A stretch of DNA of 64,000 nucleotides from a virus. A program made the position numbers and the translations under genes. This document shows positions 48,995 to 58,268 of the stretch, in pieces. Position 1 is the stretch's first letter, and each line of letters starts with the position of its first letter. The stretch lies in the IMG/VR virus record IMGVR_UViG_3300022821_000014, positions 26,968 through 90,967 of that record; one strand, 5' to 3'. The notes below the pieces were generated by a model. That model was given only the letters and a program-made list of their open reading frames with translations, was not told the origin of the DNA and ran no database searches.

Positions 48995-49750
48995 ATGAAT
49001 AAAAATAAGACAATTACAACAGTGACCATCTTCCTATTCCTAGGCGTGGTCCTTTTGTTTATTGGTGCCCTACTTCCCCATGTAGAGGCACAACAATTCT
49101 ATGACCCAACTTACACCCCTGATATAAATGCACAAGGTTCACCAAGATCTGCATTGGACAATCAGAGAGTGCTCTTGATTGGAGACTCTCACGTAGCAGG
49201 GCCACCAGGCGTAGCGCTCGGCAATCACCTTACAGCCGCTGGTGCGACATATTATGCTCGTGCAGGCCAGGTTGGTTGGGGTGTTACGAACTGGTATTTG
49301 CATCGACGTGAAGCGAACAACCTAATTCAGCGGCACCACCCTACACTTCTTATCCTTATACTTGGAGGCAATGATTGGAGCCGTGTTGGTAATGAAGATT
49401 ATCGCAACACAGTACACGATTTCTGGAGGGAGGTTCACAATAGTACCCACAGGAGTGCACCTGAAGACTCAATGGTTTCCACTTGCTGGATTGAACCCCC
49501 TAACATTCTAGGTCGTCGAGCCGCCGAACTTCAGCCACGCAGAGATGAGGTTGCAGAAGTAATTCGCTCTGTAGTTTTCTTTAATCACTTCGTCAGGTCA
49601 AGCGACCTAACAAATACTAGAACGGGTCGAGCCCGAGATGGGATACACTTTACGCCGAGCGGCGCAAACGACTGGATACGACAGACTATTCCCCGCCTTG
49701 AGGCATGTGTCGAAAGACAACACCCAAACATTAGGCAGTTAAGTGAATAG
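48995..49750 (+). CDS. Exported SGNH/GDSL hydrolase
   Basis: Signal/TM; LIGDSH, LGGND, DGIHFT. Confidence 0.85.
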   Translation: MNKNKTITTVTIFLFLGVVLLFIGALLPHVEAQQFYDPTYTPDINAQGSPRSALDNQRVLLIGDSHVAGPPGVALGNHLTAAGATYYARAGQVGWGVTNWYLHRREANNLIQRHHPTLLILILGGNDWSRVGNEDYRNTVHDFWREVHNSTHRSAPEDSMVSTCWIEPPNILGRRAAELQPRRDEVAEVIRSVVFFNHFVRSSDLTNTRTGRARDGIHFTPSGANDWIRQTIPRLEACVERQHPNIRQLSE

Positions 49751-50567
49751 GTTTTTGGTTGTATGCGTTCTACTAATAATGACGTCTATTCCGTTGGTTT
49801 CACAGGCTCAGACCTCTGAAGAAGTAGGGCAGGAAGTAATTGAGCCTAACCTAGCTCCATTCCCAGGTGAGTCTCAAGGCGATCGAGCCCTGATGACCCA
49901 CGTTATCTTGAATAGGCTGACAATCTGGGTCCGACCCAGGGATGGCAGTAGAGTCTATATACCTGGGTGTCGCTCTTTGCGATTTGGTTGTGAGGTACAG
50001 GTTGCAGAATTTGTGAAGTATATTTGGGATGAGTCTGAAAGACAAAACTTCAACCCCTGGTTGGTAGCTGGCATAGCCTGGCATGAATCAAGGTTTAACC
50101 CATTCGCCCAGTCTTCTCAGCACGCTTACGGGATACTGCAAATACTTCAAAGGTCTGCCTGGTCGGAGGGCCTACCCTTTGTTAGACAAAGGTGGTTCAG
50201 GGAGAACACATGTAGAAGAGAGCTTGGCTCATGCCAGCAACCCGTAGTTGAAAGATCTATATACTGGCTTCGACGTTCTATTGCACAGTGCGGCTCTATT
50301 CAAAGAGGTCTAAGGATGTATAACTCTGGCCAGTGTACTGGCACATTGAGGTATGCAAGAATTGTGTACAGGTACAGGGACCTTATAGTAGCTGAGGCAG
50401 AGTCCATCAGACAAAACGGCTACATCGATCCCGTGCACCCGAATGAGGGCCCTGTTTATTTCGCTGATGATGATTGTGCTGAACCCACTTTGGAGGAATA
50501 CCTTTGTGAAAGGGGTCAGGCTCCTTGCGATACAGAAGGTGTCCGTAGCAACTGCGTTGGTGAATAG
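49743..50567 (+). CDS. Exported lytic transglycosylase (SLT domain)
   Basis: Signal peptide; IAWHESRFNP, AYGILQI, MYNSG. Confidence 0.8.
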   Translation: MNRFLVVCVLLIMTSIPLVSQAQTSEEVGQEVIEPNLAPFPGESQGDRALMTHVILNRLTIWVRPRDGSRVYIPGCRSLRFGCEVQVAEFVKYIWDESERQNFNPWLVAGIAWHESRFNPFAQSSQHAYGILQILQRSAWSEGLPFVRQRWFRENTCRRELGSCQQPVVERSIYWLRRSIAQCGSIQRGLRMYNSGQCTGTLRYARIVYRYRDLIVAEAESIRQNGYIDPVHPNEGPVYFADDDCAEPTLEEYLCERGQAPCDTEGVRSNCVGE

Positions 50568-50568
50568 C

Positions 50569-51228
50569 ATGAAATACATTTCCATCATCCTTACGGTTTT
50601 CTTGACTTTTACATCTAGTGCCTTTGCACAGGTTGTTGATGGAGATGACCCATATGGCTGGAACGAACGCTACAAGGCTAAACAGGTGGTTTTGAACAAT
50701 CTGTCATATGGCAACGGCAGGTATGCGAGGGCATGTCGTGAGGATATAACCCCAATGGGCTGTGAGAGAAGAGTCAGTTCACTCGTCGACTCCATCTTTA
50801 CCTCTTCCTTGAGGCACGAGGTGGATCCCTGGGTAATGATAGCACTTGCTTTTGAGACAACCCATTTCAACCCATTCTACATAGGGAACGATGGATTCAC
50901 AGGTATTATGGGCGTTCCACTTGAGCATACTTTCCGTAGACATGAGCCATTTTTCACCAATGCTGCCTACCGTGAAAGTTGTAGGGCAGAATTAGATGCT
51001 TGTCAAGTCGAGTCCATTGAACACAGTATTGCTCGTGTAGCAGAAACCATGAGAGTTCATGAGATATCACCTTCATTAGCGTTGCAGAGGTATTCTGGGA
51101 TGGAACTCCAAAGCTCAAGAGCTGTCTTCTCCAGGCATGTCTTGAGGAGGGCTCGTAGTTTTCGTTCTGAGGCTCTGGATATCGACGATTTTGATATTTG
51201 CCAAGCTCATCCAATGATTTGTGACTAA
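50569..51228 (+). CDS. Exported SLT-like paralog, probably catalytically degenerate
   Basis: Signal peptide; VDPWVMIALAFETTHFNP, GIMGV, RYSG. Confidence 0.65.
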   Translation: MKYISIILTVFLTFTSSAFAQVVDGDDPYGWNERYKAKQVVLNNLSYGNGRYARACREDITPMGCERRVSSLVDSIFTSSLRHEVDPWVMIALAFETTHFNPFYIGNDGFTGIMGVPLEHTFRRHEPFFTNAAYRESCRAELDACQVESIEHSIARVAETMRVHEISPSLALQRYSGMELQSSRAVFSRHVLRRARSFRSEALDIDDFDICQAHPMICD

Positions 51229-51295
51229 TAAACCAGTTCTGGGTTACTGTCTGTCGTTTCCTTTTTTGCCTGATACTTATGGCCAGAGGTAGAAC

Positions 51296-51580
51296 ATGGG
51301 TTGGATCAAAAATTCTAAAGGAGAGCCAAGTGCATCACTAACAATGTCACTTGTTGCTTTCATCGCAGTAACCACCTGGCTTATAACTTGGTTGGTAGCT
51401 ACACCTTTTGGTGCCCCTGTACCCACATTTGAGGCAGCCACCGCCATGGCGTACCTTTCCCCGATACTGGCACTCTACTTTGGTAGGCGTTGGACATCCG
51501 ATAACGGGGAAGTGACAGCCGAAGGTGTTGGCGAGCAGCACATAAACAGCAATTCGAGCGTCGACGAGACGAAAAGCTAG
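51296..51580 (+). CDS. Holin-like two-TM protein
   Basis: Two TM helices ending LYFGRRW, with a hydrophilic tail. Confidence 0.55.
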   Translation: MGWIKNSKGEPSASLTMSLVAFIAVTTWLITWLVATPFGAPVPTFEAATAMAYLSPILALYFGRRWTSDNGEVTAEGVGEQHINSNSSVDETKS

Positions 51581-51606
51581 CAAAAACGACGATTTCTGAA
51601 ATAGGG

Positions 51607-51635
51607 TTCACATACTACCCAACATCTGGTATAAT
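51607..51635 (+). promoter_or_regulatory. Sigma70-like promoter
   Basis: (GG)TTCACA-N17-TATAAT. Confidence 0.65.
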
Positions 51636-51670
51636 GAAGACCAGGCCTAAGGGAATAAGGATTAATAAAT

Positions 51671-52567
51671 ATGAGCAATAAGAAGATTGTCAAAAAGGGT
51701 GTCACTCAACTACAGGATCGTATTCGCACGATTGTAAAGGAAGAGGTTCGTTCAGCTCTCCGTGAAGAGAATGTCAGTGTTTGGTTCACGAAGTTGGGTG
51801 GCAAGCAATCGGCCTTTGCAGGTTGGCTGATGCGACAGTACTTCAACCCTGATAAGCACTCAGGCAAGGTTTGGTATGATGACTCCGTGACGAAGGACAA
51901 TGTCCTCGAATACGTAACCAAGATGGCAGCGAGCGGAGTTTTCCCACAGACCCCAAAGTCTCTCTATAGCCTGTTTAAGCTCAAGGGACAGCTTCAGACG
52001 TCTATGGGACAGCTGGACAAGTCTGGCGAGCTGGATGCAATGTCTGATTACCTTGACGATGAAGAGGATGAGGATGAAAAGGCTACCTACCAGACTGGCG
52101 AGGTATCTCTCAAGGACATCGGTAAGGAACTTGGAGGAATCACACCCACCATGGTCAACAAGCTTGCTGCGAGCGGGATGGACAAGTTTCGCTCGTTGAC
52201 TCAAGGACAAGCACTTGACAATGTTGACGGTGCCGCTCTGGAAGAGTTTTTGAAGAAGATTCAAGATGCCCGAGCAGACGCAGCAGACGAGTTTGTTCAG
52301 AGGCTTGCAGATGCAACAACCATTGGTGAATTCATCAAGAGCCTCCAGAAGGGCCAAATTCTTTCGCCCACTGATCTCAAGCTGGTCACCAAGAATGAGC
52401 TGGAAGGCCTCCGTATGCTCCAGAAGCGTGACCCAGAAGTGGCCAAGCAGATGCTCATGCAGGACATTCAGGACGACAACAACCTTTTTAAGTCATACCA
52501 GGCTATGGTTTCCAAGAAGGTCTTCCCAGGGAAGAAGCGTGGTCGTCCGAAAAAGATCAAGAACTAG
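51671..52567 (+). CDS. Leader-bearing protein with a sigma-region-4-like HTH and a C-terminal AT-hook
   Basis: IRTIVKEEVRSALRE; SLKDIGKELGGITPTMVNKLAASGMDKFR; KKRGRPKK. Confidence 0.65.
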   Translation: MSNKKIVKKGVTQLQDRIRTIVKEEVRSALREENVSVWFTKLGGKQSAFAGWLMRQYFNPDKHSGKVWYDDSVTKDNVLEYVTKMAASGVFPQTPKSLYSLFKLKGQLQTSMGQLDKSGELDAMSDYLDDEEDEDEKATYQTGEVSLKDIGKELGGITPTMVNKLAASGMDKFRSLTQGQALDNVDGAALEEFLKKIQDARADAADEFVQRLADATTIGEFIKSLQKGQILSPTDLKLVTKNELEGLRMLQKRDPEVAKQMLMQDIQDDNNLFKSYQAMVSKKVFPGKKRGRPKKIKN

Positions 52568-52568
52568 T

Positions 52569-53385
52569 ATGACAAGTGGTATATCCAATTTATTGGAGCA
52601 GCAAGGGTGGCTATGTAATGCCACCCTTCAACGCTTTAAGACGTTTATTTTCCCACCAGAAATCCAAATTTCGGTTTTTGCTTCACAGCTTTTAAAGCTT
52701 GATTTTTCTAGGCAAATCCATATGCAGGTGACACCAAAGCAGATTGATCACGCTGTTGAGGTTTATTTGAGCTACGAAGCCTATCAAAAGGAAGCGGCTG
52801 AAGAATTGCTTCTTGCAATTGAAAATGCATACAACGAAGTCAAGAACCCTGATAGCTAAGTGTATGACAGAAAATAAACATGAACGAGATGGTGAGTCAT
52901 TCATCGTTAGTGATGGGGTAAATTTAGATGAACTTGACTTGGAAAACATGGTCAGGAATGAAGTCACTGTACCTGAGATTCTCCAAACGCAATATGCCAG
53001 AGCGCCCTCCATTGAGTCCATCCCAGGGATGATCCCTAAGATCCACCAAACTCAGGAGCGGATTTGGTTGGAAATCACTTTGGACATTGATGGAACTGTA
53101 AACACTTTTCCAGGGTATGTCGAAAAACAGAAGACTACGCCTTATGTTAAATCATGGCAGCTGAGGATGGATCGAGAAAGTGCAGCGCACCTAATGATGG
53201 TAATAGCGGACTCCAACCAACATTCGGACCGAAGTGCGCTTTGCGTACAACTTAAATGGTGTTATGGTGAAAGTGAAAGGGTCATGAAGTTAGACCCACC
53301 TTCAGATATTCAGATGTTCGATGCCGAGGATATTTCTGACTCCGATTTATTTGTGAAAGTGAACTTTGAAATCTCTAAATCTTGA
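52569..53385 (+). CDS. Two hypothetical proteins (52569-52859, 52864-53385)
   Basis: Consecutive ORFs with closely spaced starts. Confidence 0.6.
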
Positions 53386-53426
53386 AATGCATGAATGAGA
53401 CATAATTACGGAGGAAGGAATCGGCC

Positions 53427-53963
53427 ATGACCAAGAAGAACAAGCCAAATAAAAACCTCCGTAAGGAATTCGAGCTACATAAGGAGCGTCGTTCACGTCA
53501 CTTAAAGAACCTCATAGAAGAGTCTATTATCAACGTTCTGGCCGAACAGGATGCAGCAGCAGCCCAGCAAGCTGCAATGACGGCCGAAACCCCACCCCCA
53601 GTAGCTACCCCTGAGAACCAAGCTCAAGGTGCTCAAGACAACATGGTCAAAGAGCAATACACGGTGGATGGCATGATTGACGAGTTAAATGCTATTCGAG
53701 GAGGCAGGTCCTTTTCCGATCCTGAGGTCTACGGCAAACTTGTGACCTTCTTCAAAACCCTAGGTGAAGAGCAAAAAAACACTTTAGATACTTTGCTAAC
53801 GCAGATCGCTGAGCTTATCACAGGAGTTGATGATGCACCAGCACCGCAACAAGACCAGAGCGCAGGTGCTCAACCGCCAAATCCTGGAGGTGCTCCGCAA
53901 CAGAACGCACCAATGCCTGGGGCACAACAAGCAGCAGGCGCCGCCGGCGTCGGAGTAGCCTAG
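53427..53963 (+). CDS. Leader-bearing Q/A/P-rich protein, possible head protein
   Basis: LKNLIEESIINVLAE; TAATTA and GGAGG upstream. Confidence 0.7.
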   Translation: MTKKNKPNKNLRKEFELHKERRSRHLKNLIEESIINVLAEQDAAAAQQAAMTAETPPPVATPENQAQGAQDNMVKEQYTVDGMIDELNAIRGGRSFSDPEVYGKLVTFFKTLGEEQKNTLDTLLTQIAELITGVDDAPAPQQDQSAGAQPPNPGGAPQQNAPMPGAQQAAGAAGVGVA

Positions 53964-53965
53964 TA

Positions 53966-54328
53966 ATGGATAAGTTGAGGGCATGGCTGACTAACCCTAA
54001 AGTGTTGTTGGTCATAGCCGTTCTTCTTGTTATTTTGAACTTTATTGACGGTGGCTTTTCTTTCTGGGCAATCTATGTTGCTCAGATTGCTTACGAGGCA
54101 AACCCTATCATGGCAGCTCTTATGGCTGTTTCGCCGTATGTCTTTCTCGTCTTCAAGGTAATAGTCCCGACAATTGCGTCATATGTTCTCTACAAGTATC
54201 GGGAACAACCAATTAGAGGTGTAAAAGTTGCCACCTGGATTCTCTGGGCTAGTTTTTTTCTGTATGTAGGATTGATGGTTCATTTCGGGTTTCTTTTACA
54301 GACAGCTATGAATGCTGGCTTTCTATAG
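53966..54328 (+). CDS. Membrane protein (DUF5658-like)
   Basis: LNFIDG, EANPIM, FKV; three or four TM helices. Confidence 0.6.
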   Translation: MDKLRAWLTNPKVLLVIAVLLVILNFIDGGFSFWAIYVAQIAYEANPIMAALMAVSPYVFLVFKVIVPTIASYVLYKYREQPIRGVKVATWILWASFFLYVGLMVHFGFLLQTAMNAGFL

Positions 54329-54415
54329 AATTTTTCTATTTGGGTTCACACTTCCTACCTAAGGTAGTACAGTATTGTTGTCTTCGATGACGAGGACGAC
54401 GAAACATTCTAAAGA

Positions 54416-54712
54416 ATGACCGATTTACGAAGAAAAGTTGAACTGCGACGATTCCGCTTGAGACGGAATGAAGATGAGTCTGGTGTTTCTGGCACTGGCT
54501 ACGTAGCTGAAGGTGTCAAGTTTACAGATGGGCAGTGCGTCATAAAGTGGTCCACAGATACCAGCAGTATTGGCATTTATCATTCCTGGGTAGAAATGAT
54601 GGCGATTCATGGGCACGGCGGTAAAACCGAGATTGAATGGGTTGATGCAGAATCCCTCGGTGGCAGTGGAGCAGCGGAAAATCCCTCTAAACCTACTAAA
54701 AAGAAAAAGTAG
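54416..54712 (+). CDS. Conserved hypothetical phage protein
   Basis: FRLRRNEDESGVSGTGYVAEGVKFTDG...IHGHGGKT. Confidence 0.7.
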   Translation: MTDLRRKVELRRFRLRRNEDESGVSGTGYVAEGVKFTDGQCVIKWSTDTSSIGIYHSWVEMMAIHGHGGKTEIEWVDAESLGGSGAAENPSKPTKKKK

Positions 54713-54720
54713 AAAACTGG

Positions 54721-54864
54721 TTCACAAACACACACCGAAGTAGTACAATGATTCTTAGGTTGACAAGCAAGACAAAACGTCAAACAAACGACCGAGAGAA
54801 AAATCACACACAAAGTAGATAAATCGGTTTACAATCCTACTTAGAAGTAGTACAATGATTCTTA
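54721..54864 (+). promoter_or_regulatory. Tandem sigma70 promoters P1/P2 of the tRNA operon
   Basis: TTCACA-N17-TACAAT (54721-54749) and TTTACA-N17-TACAAT (54828-54856); 21-bp identity GAAGTAGTACAATGATTCTTA. Confidence 0.75.
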
Positions 54865-54917
54865 CGCTCAACGAAGCAACTTCCTGAGCGCTGCATAGCA
54901 GCCACGCTGCAACACTT

Positions 54918-54991
54918 GACTCTGTCCTACTAATCAGTATGATGGTCACCCTAACCAGGTGAATTTGTGGGTTCAAATCCCCGTAGAGTCA
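54918..54991 (+). tRNA. Atypical/degenerate tRNA with AAC anticodon
   Basis: GACTCTG/TAGAGTC; TCACC-CTAACCA-GGTGA; weak D and T stems. Confidence 0.5.
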
Positions 54992-55050
54992 CTACAAATC
55001 TTCGGATTTGGATTTCTTCTATACTGCTCCACGAGAGTATAGATTCATTA

Positions 55051-55069
55051 GTTCGTTGAAAACTGAATA
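55051..55069 (+). promoter_or_regulatory. boxA-like antitermination element
   Basis: GTTCGTTGAAAACTGAATA; the 14-nt core TTGAAAACTGAATA recurs at 62901-62914. Confidence 0.55.
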
Positions 55070-55175
55070 CGTCTTACAGTTCATCTGCACTGTTACCAGA
55101 AAGCAGATGATGTAAAGACGAGCTACGTTAGTAACCATGGTTTATTCTGTGGAGGAAGCGTAGCCGTCTAAACTT

Positions 55176-55246
55176 GCAGCATTGGTGTAGTGGAAACATC
55201 TTTGGCTTCCAACCAAAGGTCACGAGTTCGAACCTCGTATGCTGCT
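55176..55246 (+). tRNA. tRNA-Gly(TCC)
   Basis: TTTGG-CTTCCAA-CCAAA; full cloverleaf. Confidence 0.92.
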
Positions 55247-55320
55247 TTTTTCTCAGGCCCTCCCGAGGTAACTTTCGGGTCCTGCGTGAACAAGAGATTG
55301 GTTGTCTTTTCTGGGAAAAT

Positions 55321-55393
55321 GGGATGTTAGCATCAAGGAGATGCAACGGGTTCCTCGACCCTATCGAGGCAGGTTCAATTCCTGTGCATCCCA
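55321..55393 (+). tRNA. Atypical tRNA, Lys-like body with an 8-nt anticodon loop
   Basis: Body resembles 57288-57359; GGG-TTCCTCGA-CCC. Confidence 0.5.
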
Positions 55394-55409
55394 CTTACAA
55401 ATGACTAAC

Positions 55410-55482
55410 TTGGAAGGTGGATGAAGTTCACTGCTAGTTTCATCACTGTGGGGTGAGGACAGTGAGTCGCAACTCTCCCCAA
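55410..55482 (+). ncRNA. Four-way-junction RNA with potential kissing loops
   Basis: GATGAAG/TTTCATC, ACTGT/ACAGT, GAGT/ACTC; loops TTCACT and GGTGAG are complementary. Confidence 0.4.
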
Positions 55483-55485
55483 TTT

Positions 55486-55559
55486 GGGTTCTTAGTGTAA
55501 CTGGATTAGCACTCCAGATTTGTTAATCAACAGTCTGGGTTCAAATCCCAGGGAACCCA
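55486..55559 (+). pseudogene. tRNA with disrupted anticodon arm
   Basis: Good acceptor, D and T arms; CCAGA-TTTGTTAA-TCAAC is mostly unpaired. Confidence 0.55.
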
Positions 55560-55612
55560 CTGGAGCGAAAGCCCGTGCACGAAGGCTTGACAGTCGGAGA
55601 GACGACATTTCT

Positions 55613-55683
55613 AGGTCACTGGTGTAATGTAGCATGACGATCTCCAAAATCGTTCGGTCTGAGTTCAAGTCTTAGGTGGCCTG
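55613..55683 (+). tRNA. tRNA-Trp(CCA)
   Basis: ACGAT-CTCCAAA-ATCGT. Confidence 0.9.
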
Positions 55684-55745
55684 TAAATCCTAGAACTGAA
55701 GGTTCCTGCCCTGGGCAGCGAAAGCTGGTTGGTAGCCTTCAAAAT

Positions 55746-55818
55746 GTCTTCGACGCCGACAGGAACGGCAGCTCGCCTTCTAAGCGAGTTTTTGAGGGTT
55801 CGAGTCCTTCCGAAGACG
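55746..55818 (+). tRNA. tRNA-Arg(TCT)
   Basis: CTCGC-CTTCTAA-GCGAG. Confidence 0.88.
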
Positions 55819-55864
55819 CTGAGAGTGTAAGACTGCCGATTATGGCAGCCCCTGCACTCGATTA

Positions 55865-55937
55865 GGGGCATTGGTCCAGTGGTTGAGGACGCTAGGCTGT
55901 CTACTTAGAAGCACGGGTTCGATTCCCGTATGCCCCG
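55865..55937 (+). tRNA. tRNA-Asp(GTC)
   Basis: CTAGG-CTGTCTA-CTTAG. Confidence 0.88.
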
Positions 55938-56037
55938 CTAGTTTCCGTTCAGGAAACAATAAATGAGCCGTGTAGCCTGAGGGCCTAGGAGAGTCGCTAT
56001 CTCTTAGAAGTTCGAACCCCATAGGGCAGCGGCATAT

Positions 56038-56111
56038 AGGATCGTAGCATAACTGGTAGTGCGCCTCCCTGTCACGGAGCGAGTGTGCGAGTTCAAATCT
56101 CGTCGGTCCTG
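56038..56111 (+). tRNA. tRNA-Asp(GTC)
   Basis: CTCC-CTGTCAC-GGAG. Confidence 0.88.
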
Positions 56112-56256
56112 TCAAGTTCTATTTCTAGAAATATGTGTATAACCTCGATAAGTGAGGGAACTGTTTTTTCTATCCTCCTACTTAGAAGAGTAACGGCAAA
56201 TGTTTCTACCGAAAAAGTTGTTTTGCCGTGCTATTTACTGTCAAGGGTAAAAGGTT

Positions 56257-56547
56257 ATGACAAGAATCACACTTAGAACATTGAGAGCCATGATCCGTGA
56301 AGCGGTTCGTGAAGAAATGAAGAACGGCCTAAACGAGGCAGGCTTCATGGGCGCCGGCGGTAAAATGCAAGGCGCTCAACGGGGTGGAGTAGGTAGTCGT
56401 CAGGCACTTTCCAAAACTGGTGGAATGACAGGTTATTCCTCCATGAATTTGGATGAGTTGGTTGCAGCGATGAAATCAGCCTCCGAGGCAGATAAACCAC
56501 ACATCAAAAAGGCTATCACAGCTCAGCTCAAGGCAGCTGGCTGGTGA
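56257..56547 (+). CDS. Small leader-bearing protein
   Basis: MTRITLRTLRAMIREAVREEMKNGLNE; TATTTA upstream. Confidence 0.75.
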   Translation: MTRITLRTLRAMIREAVREEMKNGLNEAGFMGAGGKMQGAQRGGVGSRQALSKTGGMTGYSSMNLDELVAAMKSASEADKPHIKKAITAQLKAAGW

Positions 56548-56667
56548 GCAAATAGCTGGTATTACCAGCTTTTAGAGAAAAAAACTCTAAATAGGTTCAA
56601 AAGACCTGATTATAGTGTTATACTCTTAGGTAGGAAGTCAAACAGACCTTTTACCTAAGAGTACGAC

Positions 56668-56886
56668 ATGGAATACCAGAACTTTTCGATCAATACTGCT
56701 GAAGATCTTGTCAAGGGATTTGCCATTGGCATCCGAGACAAGGTCATTGACCTCACTGAGGTTCGAGATATCGTATTGGCGAGTACGGATGATGAGCGAC
56801 TTACCCAAGTTGTTCTTGAGAAGGTCCAGCTGGAGTTGGAGTGCATGGAGCACTTTGCTCTCAGGGTAGCTGCTACGGCAGCCTGA
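56668..56886 (+). CDS. Hypothetical protein
   Basis: 72-aa ORF. Confidence 0.55.
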   Translation: MEYQNFSINTAEDLVKGFAIGIRDKVIDLTEVRDIVLASTDDERLTQVVLEKVQLELECMEHFALRVAATAA

Positions 56887-56942
56887 AAAAAAGCTGTTCA
56901 CAATCATTTATGTCTGTCCTAAACTACTTAGGTAGACAACAT

Positions 56943-57014
56943 GGGGCCTTAGTGCTAACGGGAACACACCTGCTTTGCACGCAGGAATTAAGGGTTCGAT
57001 TCCCTTAGGCTCCA
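56943..57014 (+). tRNA. tRNA-Ala(TGC)
   Basis: CCTGC-TTTGCAC-GCAGG; G3:U70. Confidence 0.92.
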
Positions 57015-57206
57015 TTATGAACTGCATAACCAACTGTAGTCAAGGAACGTCACTGTAGATTCAAGACGTGACTGCTCGGAGAGTCGAGCAAAACTTCGGT
57101 GGTGTCAGGCTTCAAGATACTCCACCTAAAACAGACTGGTAGTGAAGTAGGTACGTTCCACCACAAGGGGCAGACAAGTGGTAGGAAATGAAGACCTGCC
57201 CGTTCT

Positions 57207-57279
57207 CGGTCGTTGGTGTCAGCGGCAGCACACTGGGCTCTTAACCCACGAAGCAGAGGTTCGAATCCTCTACGACCGA
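57207..57279 (+). tRNA. tRNA-Lys(CTT)
   Basis: TGGG-CTCTTAA-CCCA. Confidence 0.9.
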
Positions 57280-57287
57280 CTAAACTT

Positions 57288-57359
57288 GGGACGTTAGCAT
57301 CAAGGCGATGCACTGGCCTTTTAAGCCATCTGAGCTGGGTTCGATTCCCAGGCGCCCCA
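57288..57359 (+). tRNA. tRNA-Lys(TTT)
   Basis: TGGC-CTTTTAA-GCCA. Confidence 0.88.
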
Positions 57360-57361
57360 CT

Positions 57362-57823
57362 ATGAAAAAGTGTTCTTCTTGCAAAGTATCCAAAACGAGA
57401 AATGAGTTCAATAAAAACTCTTCTAAGTGTGATAACCTTCAAAGCATGTGCCGTGCTTGCAATAAGAAAACTGCTAAAAATTATTATGCTAAAAACAAGT
57501 CGCATCACCGATTAGTCTGTAGCCAGATTAAAAAAAGGCGCATCAGAGAAAATCAAAATAAACTTTTCGAGGTGCTACGCAGAAGTGAGTGTGTTGATTG
57601 CGCTGAAAGAGATCCGTTGGTATTAGAATTTGACCATGTCCAAAAAAAGGACCACGGAATATCAGAGTTGCTTTGTGGTGGGTATAGCTGGCACCGAATT
57701 TTTGCTGAAATGAAAAAATGTGAAATACGCTGTGCAAACTGCCACAACAAGAAAACACACCAAGCAAATAATTCGTATCGTTGGAGGCTTTTAGTTGAAC
57801 TAAAATCTTGTACGTCTCACTAA
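57362..57823 (+). CDS. HNH endonuclease
   Basis: CSSC...CRAC; CVDC...LEFDH...KCEIRCANCH. Confidence 0.85.
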   Translation: MKKCSSCKVSKTRNEFNKNSSKCDNLQSMCRACNKKTAKNYYAKNKSHHRLVCSQIKKRRIRENQNKLFEVLRRSECVDCAERDPLVLEFDHVQKKDHGISELLCGGYSWHRIFAEMKKCEIRCANCHNKKTHQANNSYRWRLLVELKSCTSH

Positions 57824-57834
57824 ACGAGGTTCAC

Positions 57835-58080
57835 ATGTTGATTCAAGTATGGAAAGATAGTAATGGACTAGGTGTTATGCCGAAGCCAAATGCTGATGCG
57901 CTCTGGGAGAGCGGTCACATGTGTATCAACGCAGTCCTCGTTCGTGAATATGAAGCAAAAACCTGGTACGAAGCGATGTGTAAGCATCATGAGTTTCAAG
58001 GTTGGGGCGAGTACAATCCTCCTCGGCTAATGAATGGTGACATCGACCCTGTGGTTTTACAGCCACTAGATGATGTGTGA
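57835..58080 (+). CDS. Hypothetical protein
   Basis: GAGGT RBS; 81 aa. Confidence 0.55.
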   Translation: MLIQVWKDSNGLGVMPKPNADALWESGHMCINAVLVREYEAKTWYEAMCKHHEFQGWGEYNPPRLMNGDIDPVVLQPLDDV

Positions 58081-58268
58081 TAATAATGTCCTATAGTAGA
58101 CTGGTTTAGCCATCTCGATCAATCGATGATAAATTATGAACATAGTTCGGATGAGTACGACTAACAAGGGTTGCAAGTTCATTGCTTGCCTGGGGGCCTC
58201 CAAACGCCTCTGGTAGTTTAATGAAAACACTTGTAAATTTTCTTCTTACTCCAGCAGAGTAAGAATAT

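Noticed and set aside
55410-55482. tRNA-Sec (starts GGAAG and contains TTCA)
   Set aside because: No T loop, no UCA anticodon arm and no long acceptor stem
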